Shown: piece by piece, positions 33,433 to 43,440 of the stretch
Position numbering within the stretch: the first letter of the stretch is position 1
How the letters are laid out: every line of letters starts with the position of its first letter
Source of the DNA: Actinomycetota bacterium
Lineage (GTDB): Bacteria; Actinomycetota; UBA4738; CALAEC01
DNA: 64,000 bases
Assembly (NCBI GenBank): GCA_036000545.1
Contig: DASYVD010000105.1
Coordinates: 7,630-71,629, forward strand
Direction: 5' to 3'
Notes under the pieces: generated by a model
Database searches by the model: none
Seen by the model: the letters and a program-made list of their open reading frames with translations, nothing else
Told to the model about the DNA's origin: nothing
Translations under genes and position numbers: made by a program

Positions 33433-34172
33433 CAAAGGATGCGAGCGAGGAACTGCTTGGTCCGCTCGTGCTGCGGGACTTCGAAGACGGCCCGGGGCTT
33501 CCCCTCCTCCAGGACGGTGCCTTCGTCGATGAAGATCAGCCGGGTGCCGACCTCGCGGGCGAACCCCATCTCGTGGGTGACCACCACCATGGTCATGCCC
33601 TCCTCGGAGGCCAGCGCCTTCATGACATCCAGGACCTCCTGGATGAGCTCGGGGTCCAGGGCCGAGGTGACCTCGTCGAACAGCATGGCCCGCGGGCGCA
33701 TGGCCAGCGCACGGGCGATGGCCACTCGTTGCTGCTGTCCCCCGGAGAGCCGGCCGGGATGCTCGTCTGCCTTGTGCTCCAGGCCGACGTGCCGGAGCAC
33801 CTGGCGGGCGCGATCCCGGGCCTCCTGGTCGGAGAGCCCGAGGACCTTCTCCAGCGCGACCGTGATGTTCCGCACCGCGGTCATGTGCGGGAACAGGTTG
33901 AAGGACTGGAACACCATGCCGATGTGCGTGCGGGCTTCGTCGAGGTTCGTGCGGACGTCCGTGAGCTCCTTGTCCTCGAACCACACCTTCCCATCGGTGG
34001 GCTCTTCCAGCATGTTCATGGTCCGGAGGAGGGTGGACTTCCCCGAGCCCGACGGCCCGATCACCACCAACACCTCCCCGGGAAGCACCTCGAGGTCGAC
34101 GCCTCGGAGGACGTGGAGGTTCCCGAACCACTTGTGGATGCCCTCGAGGCGGAGGATCGGCTCCGGGCTCAT
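33432..34172 (-). CDS. polar amino acid ABC transporter ATP-binding protein
   Basis: Walker [13 protein letters not shown], signature [15 protein letters not shown], Walker [12 protein letters not shown]; GlnQ/HisP-like. Confidence 0.93.
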   Translation of the reverse strand: MSPEPILRLEGIHKWFGNLHVLRGVDLEVLPGEVLVVIGPSGSGKSTLLRTMNMLEEPTDGKVWFEDKELTDVRTNLDEARTHIGMVFQSFNLFPHMTAVRNITVALEKVLGLSDQEARDRARQVLRHVGLEHKADEHPGRLSGGQQQRVAIARALAMRPRAMLFDEVTSALDPELIQEVLDVMKALASEEGMTMVVVTHEMGFAREVGTRLIFIDEGTVLEEGKPRAVFEVPQHERTKQFLARIL

Positions 34173-35242
34173 ATCACGCTCACGAGCCCGCTTCGGAGGC
34201 GCCGTTCCACCATGTTGACCAGCCGGATGAGAGGCAGCGTGACCACCAGGTACCCGAACGCGGCGGCCACGAAGAACGTGGCGTTGAAGGTCTGTGCGTA
34301 GCCCGTGCGGGCCAGGGTGAACAGATCGAACTCGGACGCCGCAAGACCCAACACGGTGATCAGCGAGGTGTCTTTGATGAGGATGACGAACTCGTTCATC
34401 AGCGGGGGGATCACCCGGCGGACGGCTTGCGGCACGATGGCGAATCGCATCGACTGGAGGTAGCTCATCCCCAGCGAGCGGGCCGCCTCCATCTGTCCTC
34501 GCTCGATCGACTGAATGCCGGCACGGAAGACCTCCGACGCGTACGCCCCGGTGTTCAGGGCGAACACGAGCATCGCGGTCTGAAACGCGGACAGAGGAAG
34601 GTTAAACCCGAGCGCCAAGCCAAAGTAGAAGACCGACAGTTGCCAGAGCAGCGGGGTCCCCCGGAAGAAGTTGATGTACGCGCGCGCCGGTGCTCTCACC
34701 ACTCGTCGTTTGGATAGCACCAAGATGGCGAGCACCAGCCCGAGGATGACGCCCCCCATCTCTCCGATGAACGCGAGGAACAGGGTGTTCTTCGCTCCGT
34801 TGACGAAGGCTCCCCCGAATCCCTTGAGCACCTGGAAGTTGAGGAAGTGGAAGGCGAACCGTTCGGGGTCTCCGGCCGTTCGGAAGACGAGGAATACGGT
34901 CCCGAATATCGCCGCCTGGAGGCCCAAGACCGCCCCTGCGATGGCCTGCTCACGGGCACGCTTGGTCGGCATCCGCCTGTAGATCGAGAAGCCCACCGCG
35001 CCGGTGGCGGCGCCCGCGCCGATCCCCGCCACTGCCACGGAGAGCGTCGCCGGGGAGAAGATGCCATCGACGATGCGCTCGTAGGGCACGAACCCGTGGG
35101 CGGCGATGACTGCCAGCGGGCCAAGCAGGACCAGGGCGAGGGCCACCGCGCCCAGCAGGAGGGTCCCCGCAGCGGAGGGGACCTCCACCCCCTTCCGGGC
35201 CCAGGTGGCGAACCGCTGCCGGGGTCTCTCAGCGACCTCCAT
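34169..35242 (-). CDS. polar amino acid ABC transporter permease (His/Glu/Gln/Arg/opine family) with ~130-aa N-terminal TM extension
   Basis: Core motifs [11 protein letters not shown] and [31 protein letters not shown]. At 357 aa it is longer than the usual ~220-250 aa. Confidence 0.85.
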   Translation of the reverse strand: MEVAERPRQRFATWARKGVEVPSAAGTLLLGAVALALVLLGPLAVIAAHGFVPYERIVDGIFSPATLSVAVAGIGAGAATGAVGFSIYRRMPTKRAREQAIAGAVLGLQAAIFGTVFLVFRTAGDPERFAFHFLNFQVLKGFGGAFVNGAKNTLFLAFIGEMGGVILGLVLAILVLSKRRVVRAPARAYINFFRGTPLLWQLSVFYFGLALGFNLPLSAFQTAMLVFALNTGAYASEVFRAGIQSIERGQMEAARSLGMSYLQSMRFAIVPQAVRRVIPPLMNEFVILIKDTSLITVLGLAASEFDLFTLARTGYAQTFNATFFVAAAFGYLVVTLPLIRLVNMVERRLRSGLVSVI

Positions 35243-35319
35243 AGCCCCATCCCTCGCGGAGCGTGGGGCCCGCGCCGAGGAAAACCGGCGCGGGCCCCCC
35301 CGCTACCTCACCCGGACGG

Positions 35320-36156
35320 CTAGGCCGCCGGCTGGAACTCCGGCGGCACCTCAACGCCGGGGAAGTACTGGCCGAAGATCGCCGCGTACGTTCCGTCCTC
35401 GATCAGCGTCGCGAGTGCGTCGTTGACCGCCTCCCGGAGCTCCGGGTTGTCAGGCGAGAAGGCCAGACCGTAGTGCTCGCCGGTGTCGATGCCCTCCACG
35501 ACCTCGACCCCGGTCAAGTCCTCGACGATGGCCTGGGAGGAGGGTTCGTCGTTCACGATGGCGGTGAGCCTCCCGGCCTCAAGGTCGCGGAAGGCGTCGG
35601 TGACCGATGTGTACGTCTTGATCTGGGCCCCCTGCGGCTCGAGGTTCTCCGTGGCCCAGTCAAGCCCGGTTGTCGCCTGCTGCACCCCGACGACGTGGCC
35701 CTCCCCGATGTCGCTGGTCGAGGCGATGTCAGGCGTCTCCTGGGTGTTCACCGCCAGGGACTGGCGCGAGTTGTAGTACGGGTCGGAGAAGTCGACCACC
35801 TGCTCACGTTTCTCCTTGATCGTGGCGGCCGCGGCGACCATGTCGAACTGACCGGCTGCCACTGCGGTGAAGATTCCCTGGAAGTCGGTCCGGACCCACT
35901 CGACCTCGAGGCCCAGCTCCGCCGCGATCGCCTCGGTGAGGTCGACGTCGAAGCCCTTCTGGTCGCCGCCCTCGATGAATTCAAACGGCTTGTAGTCGAG
36001 GCAAGACCCCACCCGAAGGATCCCTTCCTGGAGTGTCTGGAAGGCGGGCCCCTCCGGTGATGTCCCGTCGGTCGTCGGCTCCTCTGCGCACGCCGAGGCG
36101 ACGAGCAGGAGCCCCGTGACGACCGCCAGTCGAGCCCATAACCTGCGTTTACCCAC
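35320..36156 (-). CDS. amino acid ABC transporter substrate-binding lipoprotein (family 3)
   Basis: KRRLWARLAVVTGLLLVASAC signal, then LRVGSCLDYKPFEF and GFDVDLTEAIAAELG motifs. The start was moved to the GTG at 36156 behind GGAAGGAGGGG (track start 36183). Confidence 0.85.
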   Translation of the reverse strand: MGKRRLWARLAVVTGLLLVASACAEEPTTDGTSPEGPAFQTLQEGILRVGSCLDYKPFEFIEGGDQKGFDVDLTEAIAAELGLEVEWVRTDFQGIFTAVAAGQFDMVAAAATIKEKREQVVDFSDPYYNSRQSLAVNTQETPDIASTSDIGEGHVVGVQQATTGLDWATENLEPQGAQIKTYTSVTDAFRDLEAGRLTAIVNDEPSSQAIVEDLTGVEVVEGIDTGEHYGLAFSPDNPELREAVNDALATLIEDGTYAAIFGQYFPGVEVPPEFQPAA

Positions 36157-36306
36157 GATCCCCTCCTTCCTCGTGACCCTCACGAGCGCATGAGACCCGG
36201 GCCAATGCTAGTTTGCTGAGGCTCCACAACTCAACCGGGCCCCAGTTCTTCCTCCTCAGTCCGCTGCCTTCGGCAGCGTCCTTCGGCCAGGGGGAATGCA
36301 GCAGCC

Positions 36307-37389
36307 TCATTCCGCTCGGCTTCGCCTCGCGGGCCGGCTGCCCCCCTGGACCCCCTGTGCCAGCTCCGCCAGCCGGCGGCCCACCCACGGCGCGAACTTA
36401 AACCCGTGGCCGCTGCACGGAGAGCCGATCACCAGCGGTCCACGGCGTTCCAGGATGAAGTCCTCATCGGGAGTGTTCGTGTAGATGCAGGTCTCGGCGT
36501 GGTGTGGTTCCTCCTCGGCCTTCGGGAACCGCTCTCCCACCCAGGACGCCAGCCTGGCCAGAGAGTCCCCGCTGACCTCGCCCTCCTGGTCCGGGTCCGT
36601 CACCGGCCCGGCGTGATGCTCCGCGGCCTTGAGGCCCTGCTCGAAGGAAAACAGAGCGTAGAGTGGGGGCTCCGTCCACTCCACCAGGACAGGGGGAACC
36701 ACTCCGTCCGGCATGCGGAAGAAGGCCACGGTCTCGCGGGTGGGCGTGGTCGGGATGTCCTGACCGATTCCCCACAGCAGGCGCCTGGTCCACGCCCCCG
36801 CGGTGATGACCGCTACATGGGCTCGCCACGCCTCCTCCCCGGCCCGGATCTCCACGTGGTCGTCCTCTACCATCACCCGGTCCACCCGGGTGTCCTCGCG
36901 AAGCTCGGCTCCTGCCTGGACCGCCGACCGAGCGAATGCCCTCCAGGCACGGTCGGCGGCCACGACGCCCGCGTCGCCCTGGAACAGCACGGCCTCTCCC
37001 TCGGGCACGGCCACGGCAGGGAGTCTCCGCCGCGACTCCTCGCCATCGAGAATCTCGAAATCCGCCCCGCACGCCTCCAACGCGGAGATGCGGTCCTCCA
37101 TGCCCTTCCCCACGTCAATGCCCCCGGTGGTGGTCAGGATCTCCTCGCCGGCCTCCCGCTCGAGCTCGCGCCACAGGGGAAGGGATTCTTGGGCCATCCG
37201 CACATATCCAGGAGTGTCGTAGGAGAACCGGAAGACCCTCGCTCGCCCGTGGCTCGAACCCCGGGTGTGCCCCACCTGGAACCGCTCCAGGACCAGCACC
37301 TCCCGCCCCGCGTGCGTCAGGGCCCGGGCGGCGGCGGATCCCATGACCCCCGCTCCCACCACCACGACGTCGACCTGACTGGCGTTCAT
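36307..37389 (-). CDS. FAD-dependent oxidoreductase, DAO family (sarcosine / N-methyl-amino-acid oxidase-like)
   Basis: VDVVVVGAGVMGSAAARALTHAGREVLVLE dinucleotide fold and C-terminal GSPCSGHGFKFAPWVG, as in monomeric sarcosine oxidase/SolA-like enzymes. Confidence 0.78.
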   Translation of the reverse strand: MNASQVDVVVVGAGVMGSAAARALTHAGREVLVLERFQVGHTRGSSHGRARVFRFSYDTPGYVRMAQESLPLWRELEREAGEEILTTTGGIDVGKGMEDRISALEACGADFEILDGEESRRRLPAVAVPEGEAVLFQGDAGVVAADRAWRAFARSAVQAGAELREDTRVDRVMVEDDHVEIRAGEEAWRAHVAVITAGAWTRRLLWGIGQDIPTTPTRETVAFFRMPDGVVPPVLVEWTEPPLYALFSFEQGLKAAEHHAGPVTDPDQEGEVSGDSLARLASWVGERFPKAEEEPHHAETCIYTNTPDEDFILERRGPLVIGSPCSGHGFKFAPWVGRRLAELAQGVQGGSRPARRSRAE

Positions 37390-37425
37390 GTGGGAGGTCG
37401 CCCTTGCCCTCCCCGCGCCCCAGGC

Positions 37426-38166
37426 TCAGAGTTCGCCGAGGTAGGCCTCCCGCATCTGCGGGTTGTTGAGCAAACCCTGGGCGCTGTCGGACAGCACGAT
37501 CTGGCCCGTCTGGAGGACGTAGCCACGGTCCGCGATGGACAGGGCCATGTTGGCGTTCTGCTCGACCACGAAGATCGTGGTTCCCTGCTCGTTGATCTGC
37601 TTGATGATGTCGAAGTTCTGCTCCACCAGAACGGGGGCAAGGCCCATGGACGGCTCGTCCATCAGCAGCACCGTGGGTCGGGCCATCAGCGCGCGGGCCA
37701 TGGCCACCATCTGCTGCTCGCCCCCGGAGAGCGTCCCCGCGCGCTGGGAGAGGCGCTCCTTCAACCTCGGGAACAGGCCGAAAGCGCGGTCCAGATCCTC
37801 CTGGATCTCTCCCCGATCTCGCCTCAGATACGTCCCCATGTTCAGGTTTTCGCGAACCGTCATCCGTTTGAACAGCCGGCGGTTTTCCGGGACCATCGAG
37901 ATCCCCTTCGCGACGAGCCCCTGCGTCGGGATGCCGTTGATCCGCTCCCCATCGAGGACCACGTCGCCTTCGGTTGGGATCACGTAACCCAGGACGGTCT
38001 TCAGCGTCGTGGTCTTGCCGCTCGCGTTCCCACCGAGCAGGCAGACGATCTCGCCAGCATAGATGTCGATGCTCACGTTCCGGAGCACCTGGATGGGACC
38101 GTAGTGCGTGCTCACATCGCGCAGCTGGAGGATGGGCTTGCGCTTGTCGCCGTCCCCGGTGGTCAT
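37426..38166 (-). CDS. livF: branched-chain amino acid ABC transporter ATP-binding protein (LivF type)
   Basis: GGNASGKTTTLK Walker A, LSGGEQQMVAMARAL signature, C-terminal MREAYLG. Confidence 0.9.
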   Translation of the reverse strand: MTTGDGDKRKPILQLRDVSTHYGPIQVLRNVSIDIYAGEIVCLLGGNASGKTTTLKTVLGYVIPTEGDVVLDGERINGIPTQGLVAKGISMVPENRRLFKRMTVRENLNMGTYLRRDRGEIQEDLDRAFGLFPRLKERLSQRAGTLSGGEQQMVAMARALMARPTVLLMDEPSMGLAPVLVEQNFDIIKQINEQGTTIFVVEQNANMALSIADRGYVLQTGQIVLSDSAQGLLNNPQMREAYLGEL

Positions 38167-38942
38167 GCCTCCGCCACCGCCTTGCGGCCGAGGTACGCCT
38201 CGATGACCCGGTCGTTGTGGGCCACTTCTTCATAGGTGCCGTCCGCGATCTTCTTCCCGTAATCCAGGGCCACCACCCGATCGGAGACCCCCTTGACCAC
38301 TCTCATGTCGTGCTCGATGACGACGATCGTGTACTTCCGCTCATCCCGAAGCCGCCCGATCAGATCCGTCATCTCCTGCGTCTCCCGGGGATTCATCCCT
38401 GCCGTGGGCTCGTCGAGGAGGACGATCCGCGGGTCCGAGGCCATGGCTCGGGCGATCTCCAGCCGCCGCCGATTCGCGTACGACAGCGAGATCGCGGTCT
38501 GGTCGAACCGGTAGCCGATGAGCCGGGATCCGAAGAACGCCAACGTCTCCTCTGCCTTCTTCCGGATCTGCGCCTCCTCGCGGCGGTTGAGCCGGAGGAT
38601 GGCCGGGATGACCCCGGCCCTCGTTCGGCAGTGCTGGGCAACCATGACGTTCTCGCGCACGGTCATCTCGGGGAACAGCCGGACGTTCTGAAACGTCCTG
38701 GCGATCCCCAGGGCGAGGATCTGGCTGGGGCGGAGGCCGACGATGTTCCGTTCGTCCAGGACGATCTCGCCGCCGTCGGTGGGGAGAAGCCCGGTGATGA
38801 GGTTGAAGAGGGTCGTCTTCCCAGCGCCGTTGGGGCCGATGACGCTGACGATTTCCCCCGACTCCACGTGCATGTCGAGCTCGTCGATCGCCTTGACTCC
38901 CCCGAAGGCCCTCGACAGGTCCTTGATCTCGAGGATCGCCAT
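38163..38942 (-). CDS. livG: branched-chain amino acid ABC transporter ATP-binding protein (LivG type)
   Basis: GPNGAGKTTLFN Walker A, LSYANRRRLEIARAM signature, C-terminal VIEAYLG. It overlaps livF by 4 nt. Confidence 0.9.
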   Translation of the reverse strand: MAILEIKDLSRAFGGVKAIDELDMHVESGEIVSVIGPNGAGKTTLFNLITGLLPTDGGEIVLDERNIVGLRPSQILALGIARTFQNVRLFPEMTVRENVMVAQHCRTRAGVIPAILRLNRREEAQIRKKAEETLAFFGSRLIGYRFDQTAISLSYANRRRLEIARAMASDPRIVLLDEPTAGMNPRETQEMTDLIGRLRDERKYTIVVIEHDMRVVKGVSDRVVALDYGKKIADGTYEEVAHNDRVIEAYLGRKAVAEA

Positions 38943-38943
38943 G

Positions 38944-40743
38944 TCAGCCGGCCTCGGTGCTCTGACGTTCCTGCTGGGTCCGAAGCCAGACGTCCTGGCC
39001 CACTTCTTCCTCGTGCAACTCCTCCATCCGCCGCCTGCTGGGGATGAACCCCTCCGGACGGTTGAGCATCATGAAGATGAGCAGGGCTCCGTAGATCAGG
39101 AAGCGATACTCCTCGAACTGCCGAAGGATCTCCGGGAGCGCGACCAACACTAGCGAGCCGAGGATCACCCCGGGGACGCTCGCCAGGCCTCCGGTGATGA
39201 TCACCACCAGCACTGTGATTGACACGATGACCGCGAACCCGTGGGGGAACACCGAGCCGATCTGCGTGGCGTAGAGAGCGCCGCCTAACGACGCGAAGAC
39301 CGCTCCGATGATGAACGCCCAGAGCTTCGCGGCGACTACGTTGACTCCCATGGCCTCCGCGACGGTCTCGTCCTCTCGGATGGCCATCCATGCCCGGCCC
39401 ATCCGCGAGTCCTGGAGAGCGTAGGACGCGTACACGGCGAAGGCCAGGAACACGAGGATCACGTAGAAGAGATGCTGTGGATCGACGATCTCGAAGCCCA
39501 CCGCTGGGATCGTGATGTTGGGGACCTGCCGGATCCCCCTGGCGGCCCCGAACACGGGCGCGGCCCAGTCGGAGAGCACGATCAACCGGGTGATCTCCCC
39601 GAAGCCCAGGGTGACGATGGCGAGGTAGTCGCCACGCATTCTTAGGACGGGGGTTCCCACGAGGATCCCGGCGATCGCCGCGGCCAGCACGACCGCGGGC
39701 AGGGCTGCGAAAAAGGTCAGTTCGGGAGCGAACGCCGGGGAGCCCGGCGAGGTGAACACGGCTGCCGTGTACGAGCCCACGGCGAAGAAGGCCACGTACC
39801 CGAGGTCGAGGAGCCCCGCCAGGCCGACCACGATGTTCAGTCCCAAGGCCATCAGGAGGAAGATGCCTGCGACGTTGGCCGTGTGGCTGTAGAAGCGACC
39901 GAGGATCTGGGGCACCAGCAGGAGAAGCACCAAGAGGATCGCACCGATCAGCAGCCGAGCGCCGCGGCGTTGATCTTCCGGGACCCTGTCCACGAGAGTC
40001 CTCACGGATATCTTTCGGTGACCCAGGTAGGCGTACAGGGCGGCGAAGAGGGCGAAGACGAGGAGTCCACCAACCGAGGCGAGGCCTCCGCCGCGCTGAT
40101 ACAGGAAGTCGGCCACGTAGCCGGCCCCCATGTTTCCGAGAACCTCGTCGAAGAAATCCTCGAGGAGCCCGATCGCGAATACCCAGACCAGGCCTCCAAA
40201 CACGGCCCGCCGCCACAGCGGCGGCACGAGGTGCAACGCCCCACCCGCCAAACCGAGAGCCGTCCCCGAGCCAAGAAGGATCAGGGCGGCGACCCCCAGG
40301 GACTGCCCGAACGAAAGCTTCTCGATGAGAGGGGGGCTCACGTTCGAGAGCACCGGCCGCAGGTTGATGTTGCCCGCCACGAGGAGGAAGAGGGCAAGCG
40401 CGGCTCCCGTTAGGACCCCTGCGATCACCCCGGCCAGCACGTTGCGGGGTCCCGGCCGCGTGGCCTCGAATCCCTCGAGCTGCGGTGGGGGTTTCGCAGC
40501 GACGTGTCCCAAGATCGCCGGGATGGCGAACAGGATCAGGTACCCGAAAACCACGCCGTCCACGATGTGGATGTCCCCTAAGCGGGGCTTGGCCACGATG
40601 CCCGCCGCGGCGACGAACACGGCGGCAGCGCCGGAGGACAGTCCGACCTTGACCGCCCTGCGCAGGTCGACCGGCCGGGCCGGGAAGAGTTCGCGCTTCG
40701 ACGAGACCTCCGCCTTGGCCGATGGGCCGGTGACCTTGGCCAT
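38944..40743 (-). CDS. livM: branched-chain amino acid ABC transporter permease (LivM type) with ~270-aa N-terminal multi-TM extension
   Basis: The C-terminal ~330 aa (LMALGLNIVVGLAGLLDLGYVAFFAVGSY...) form a LivM core. The N-terminal half adds about 6 hydrophobic segments. Confidence 0.85.
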   Translation of the reverse strand: MAKVTGPSAKAEVSSKRELFPARPVDLRRAVKVGLSSGAAAVFVAAAGIVAKPRLGDIHIVDGVVFGYLILFAIPAILGHVAAKPPPQLEGFEATRPGPRNVLAGVIAGVLTGAALALFLLVAGNINLRPVLSNVSPPLIEKLSFGQSLGVAALILLGSGTALGLAGGALHLVPPLWRRAVFGGLVWVFAIGLLEDFFDEVLGNMGAGYVADFLYQRGGGLASVGGLLVFALFAALYAYLGHRKISVRTLVDRVPEDQRRGARLLIGAILLVLLLLVPQILGRFYSHTANVAGIFLLMALGLNIVVGLAGLLDLGYVAFFAVGSYTAAVFTSPGSPAFAPELTFFAALPAVVLAAAIAGILVGTPVLRMRGDYLAIVTLGFGEITRLIVLSDWAAPVFGAARGIRQVPNITIPAVGFEIVDPQHLFYVILVFLAFAVYASYALQDSRMGRAWMAIREDETVAEAMGVNVVAAKLWAFIIGAVFASLGGALYATQIGSVFPHGFAVIVSITVLVVIITGGLASVPGVILGSLVLVALPEILRQFEEYRFLIYGALLIFMMLNRPEGFIPSRRRMEELHEEEVGQDVWLRTQQERQSTEAG

Positions 40744-41823
40744 CTACGTCCGCTCCTCCGCCAGACGCTCCCCCAGGATGCCGGTGGGCCGGAAGATGAG
40801 CACCATCACCAGCACCAGGAAGGCGAACATGTCCTTGAGCTGGTGCGCCGCTCGCACCCCCAGACCCGTGAGGACCAGGCTGGGGCCGAGTGACTCGACG
40901 AGCCCGAGGGTGAGCCCGCCCACCATGGCGCCCGGGATGTTCCCGATCCCGCCCAGGACGGCAGCGGTGAACGCCTTGATCCCCGGGACGAACCCGCTGA
41001 AGAAGAAGATCTGGCCGAACACCACGGCGAACAGCATGCCGGCGGCGCCCGCCATGGCCCCTCCAACGGCGAACACCAGCGAGATCGTCCGGTTCACGTT
41101 CACGCCCATCAGTGCTGCGGTCTCGGCATCCTCGGCAACCGCTCGCATGGCCCGGCCGGCCTTCGTCTTCTCGACCAAGAGATACAGTCCGATCATCATG
41201 AGGATGGCGGTGATGATGACCACCAGCTGGGGCTTCACGACCTGGATACCGGCGAAACGTACCGAGCCGGCGAGCGCCTCGCTGTTGGGAAGGCTCTTGA
41301 AGGCCACCCCGAACAGTCCGCCGGTGGCGTATTGGAGGAAGAACGAAGCCCCGATCGCGGTGATGAACGGGATCAGGCGAGGTTTGCCGCGAAGAGGTCG
41401 GTAGGCCACTCGTTCCAGCCCCACGGCAACGAGGGTGGAAACGATCATCGACGCCACGAGGGCGATGAACAACGACAACCAGGGCTGGCTCAGCCACAGG
41501 CCCGTCCGTGACAACCCGTCCGTGACGAAGTAGGCGGTCATGCCGCCCAGCATGAACACCTCGCCGTGGGCGAAGTTGATGAACCGGAGGACGCCGTACA
41601 CCATGGTGTACCCGAGGGCGATCAGGGCGTAGACGGATCCCTGGGAGACCCCGAACACGATCAGGTTCCGCCACTGCTGGCCGGTCAGCCGGCCGCTGGA
41701 GATGCTGACCCACGACCCCCACACCACGGCAAGGATGGCTGCGATGCGTATCAGCCACAGGAGGCTGTCCAGGATGGGGAGCTGAACCGTCCGCGTCTTC
41801 TGGGGTCGTACCGCTTCAGCCAT
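40744..41823 (-). CDS. livH: branched-chain amino acid ABC transporter permease (LivH type)
   Basis: SQGSVYALIALGYTMVYGVLRFINFAHGEVFMLG core. The start was moved to the ATG at 41823 (MAEAV...). Confidence 0.85.
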   Translation of the reverse strand: MAEAVRPQKTRTVQLPILDSLLWLIRIAAILAVVWGSWVSISSGRLTGQQWRNLIVFGVSQGSVYALIALGYTMVYGVLRFINFAHGEVFMLGGMTAYFVTDGLSRTGLWLSQPWLSLFIALVASMIVSTLVAVGLERVAYRPLRGKPRLIPFITAIGASFFLQYATGGLFGVAFKSLPNSEALAGSVRFAGIQVVKPQLVVIITAILMMIGLYLLVEKTKAGRAMRAVAEDAETAALMGVNVNRTISLVFAVGGAMAGAAGMLFAVVFGQIFFFSGFVPGIKAFTAAVLGGIGNIPGAMVGGLTLGLVESLGPSLVLTGLGVRAAHQLKDMFAFLVLVMVLIFRPTGILGERLAEERT

Positions 41824-41929
41824 CGCGCTCCCTGACGACCGTCGCGTTCGCCGGCCGCGAAGCTGGGGTACCCGGCCCATCGGGCCGGGTACCCCGCCTC
41901 GCCGTGCTTCCTCTTCTACCTCGCCGTGC

Positions 41930-43234
41930 CTAGATTCCCAGATCCCCGCGGGTGAAGCTGGCGAGGACGTTCGCCTTGACGGCGGTGATGTCCTTCTGGT
42001 CCTTCGTGTTCTGGAGGATGTCGATCTTCGGGTCCGCGCAGTCCCCGAACTCGTCGCAGCTGATGGTTCCGGTCAATCCCTGGAACCCATCCGTGGCTGC
42101 GACCGCGTCGATGAGGGCCTGCCGGCCGATCTGCAGGCTGCCATCATCGGCCTGCACCGCCACCTCCTCGATGGCCGCGAAAAGGACGTTGGCCGCGTCG
42201 TAGGCGTGGCCGTTGAACGCCTGGATCGGCTTCTCCCCGTTCGCCGCCTCGTACTTCGCCACGAACTCCTCGTACTCGCCTCCCGTAGGCGTGGCCGGCC
42301 CCGAGTGGTACATGCCGTCCGGCGCTCCATCGATCCCCGGGCACCCCGGAGACTGCTTGGTCTCCGGGATGACGATGTAGGTGTCCGACAGGAGGCCGTC
42401 CGCGCCCATCAGGACGGTGCTCTGAAGCCCCTCGATCTCCCGGGCCTGCTTGGCGATGAAGTCGCCCGCGGGCTGGAAGATCGGGAAGAACACGAGCTCG
42501 GCCTCTGCCGCAGCGACCTCGGTGAGGACCGGGCGCATGTCGGTGTCGTCCGGGCTGACCGCCGTCTGGAGGACCATCTCGCCGCCCAGCCCCTGGAACG
42601 CGTCGTCGAACGCGCCGGCCAGACCGGAGGTGTACGGGTCACCGTCGTGGATTGAGGCCGCCTTGGTCACCCCGCACTCCTCGAAGGCGAACGTGGCCGC
42701 CGCCGCTCCCTGGATCAGGTCGTTGTGAGCGGTGCGGAAGTAGTTCGGCTGGTGGTCTTCCGCCTCCGTCCCGAACGGAGCCTGGGTCAGGAACGGCGAG
42801 GTGTTGGACCCGGAGATCATGACGATCCCCGCGTCGTCCAGCAGCGGTGCCATGGGGACGGCCGCGCCGGAACAGCTGGTGCCGAGTACCCCGACGACCT
42901 GCGGGTCCGCGGCGACCTTCTGACCGGCCGCGGTGCCGCCGGACGAGTCGCACAGGTCGTCCTCCACCTGGAGCTCGATGTCGTGACCGAGTAGCTGGCC
43001 CTTGTCCGCGATGGCGATCTCGATGGCCCGGACCTGGTCGGTCCCCAGGCTGGCGTTGTCACCGCTGATCGCCTGGGCCGTGGCGATCTTGATGGGGTCG
43101 TCCGCCGCGATGTCTATGACGCCGCGCGGGTCTGTGACTTCACCGTCCGTGTCGGCCGCCTGCTGGCAGGCGGCCGCCACCAGAGCGAGAACTCCCACGA
43201 GCGCGAGGCGTACTAGCCAATTGCGATGCTTCAT
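41930..43234 (-). CDS. branched-chain amino acid ABC transporter substrate-binding lipoprotein (type I PBP, LivJ/K-like)
   Basis: LVRLALVGVLALVAAAC signal, then PIKIATAQAISGDNASLG, typical of Leu/Ile/Val-binding family proteins. It is the first gene of the liv array. Confidence 0.85.
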   Translation of the reverse strand: MKHRNWLVRLALVGVLALVAAACQQAADTDGEVTDPRGVIDIAADDPIKIATAQAISGDNASLGTDQVRAIEIAIADKGQLLGHDIELQVEDDLCDSSGGTAAGQKVAADPQVVGVLGTSCSGAAVPMAPLLDDAGIVMISGSNTSPFLTQAPFGTEAEDHQPNYFRTAHNDLIQGAAAATFAFEECGVTKAASIHDGDPYTSGLAGAFDDAFQGLGGEMVLQTAVSPDDTDMRPVLTEVAAAEAELVFFPIFQPAGDFIAKQAREIEGLQSTVLMGADGLLSDTYIVIPETKQSPGCPGIDGAPDGMYHSGPATPTGGEYEEFVAKYEAANGEKPIQAFNGHAYDAANVLFAAIEEVAVQADDGSLQIGRQALIDAVAATDGFQGLTGTISCDEFGDCADPKIDILQNTKDQKDITAVKANVLASFTRGDLGI

Positions 43235-43440
43235 TCACCCTCCCTTCCGGTTGTTGTCCCCTCTCTCCAACCTGCCTAGCCAGAAGGGGTACGATGCTCA
43301 GGGGCCTCCCCTCCTTTCCGTTCGCGCCTGCCTCCAACCGGGAATCCAAGCACAAAGTTGCCAGGAGCGCTACGCGCGGTTGGCCGGCATGCCCGGGGAG
43401 ACGCAGCTCAGGCTGGCTCTCGTACACTAGCCCTAGACCG

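Noticed and set aside
38663-41758. 1031-aa minus-strand ORF
   Set aside because: It runs out of frame across livG, livM and livH. The sequence is Arg/Gly/Pro-rich, whereas the in-frame genes have clear ABC motifs.
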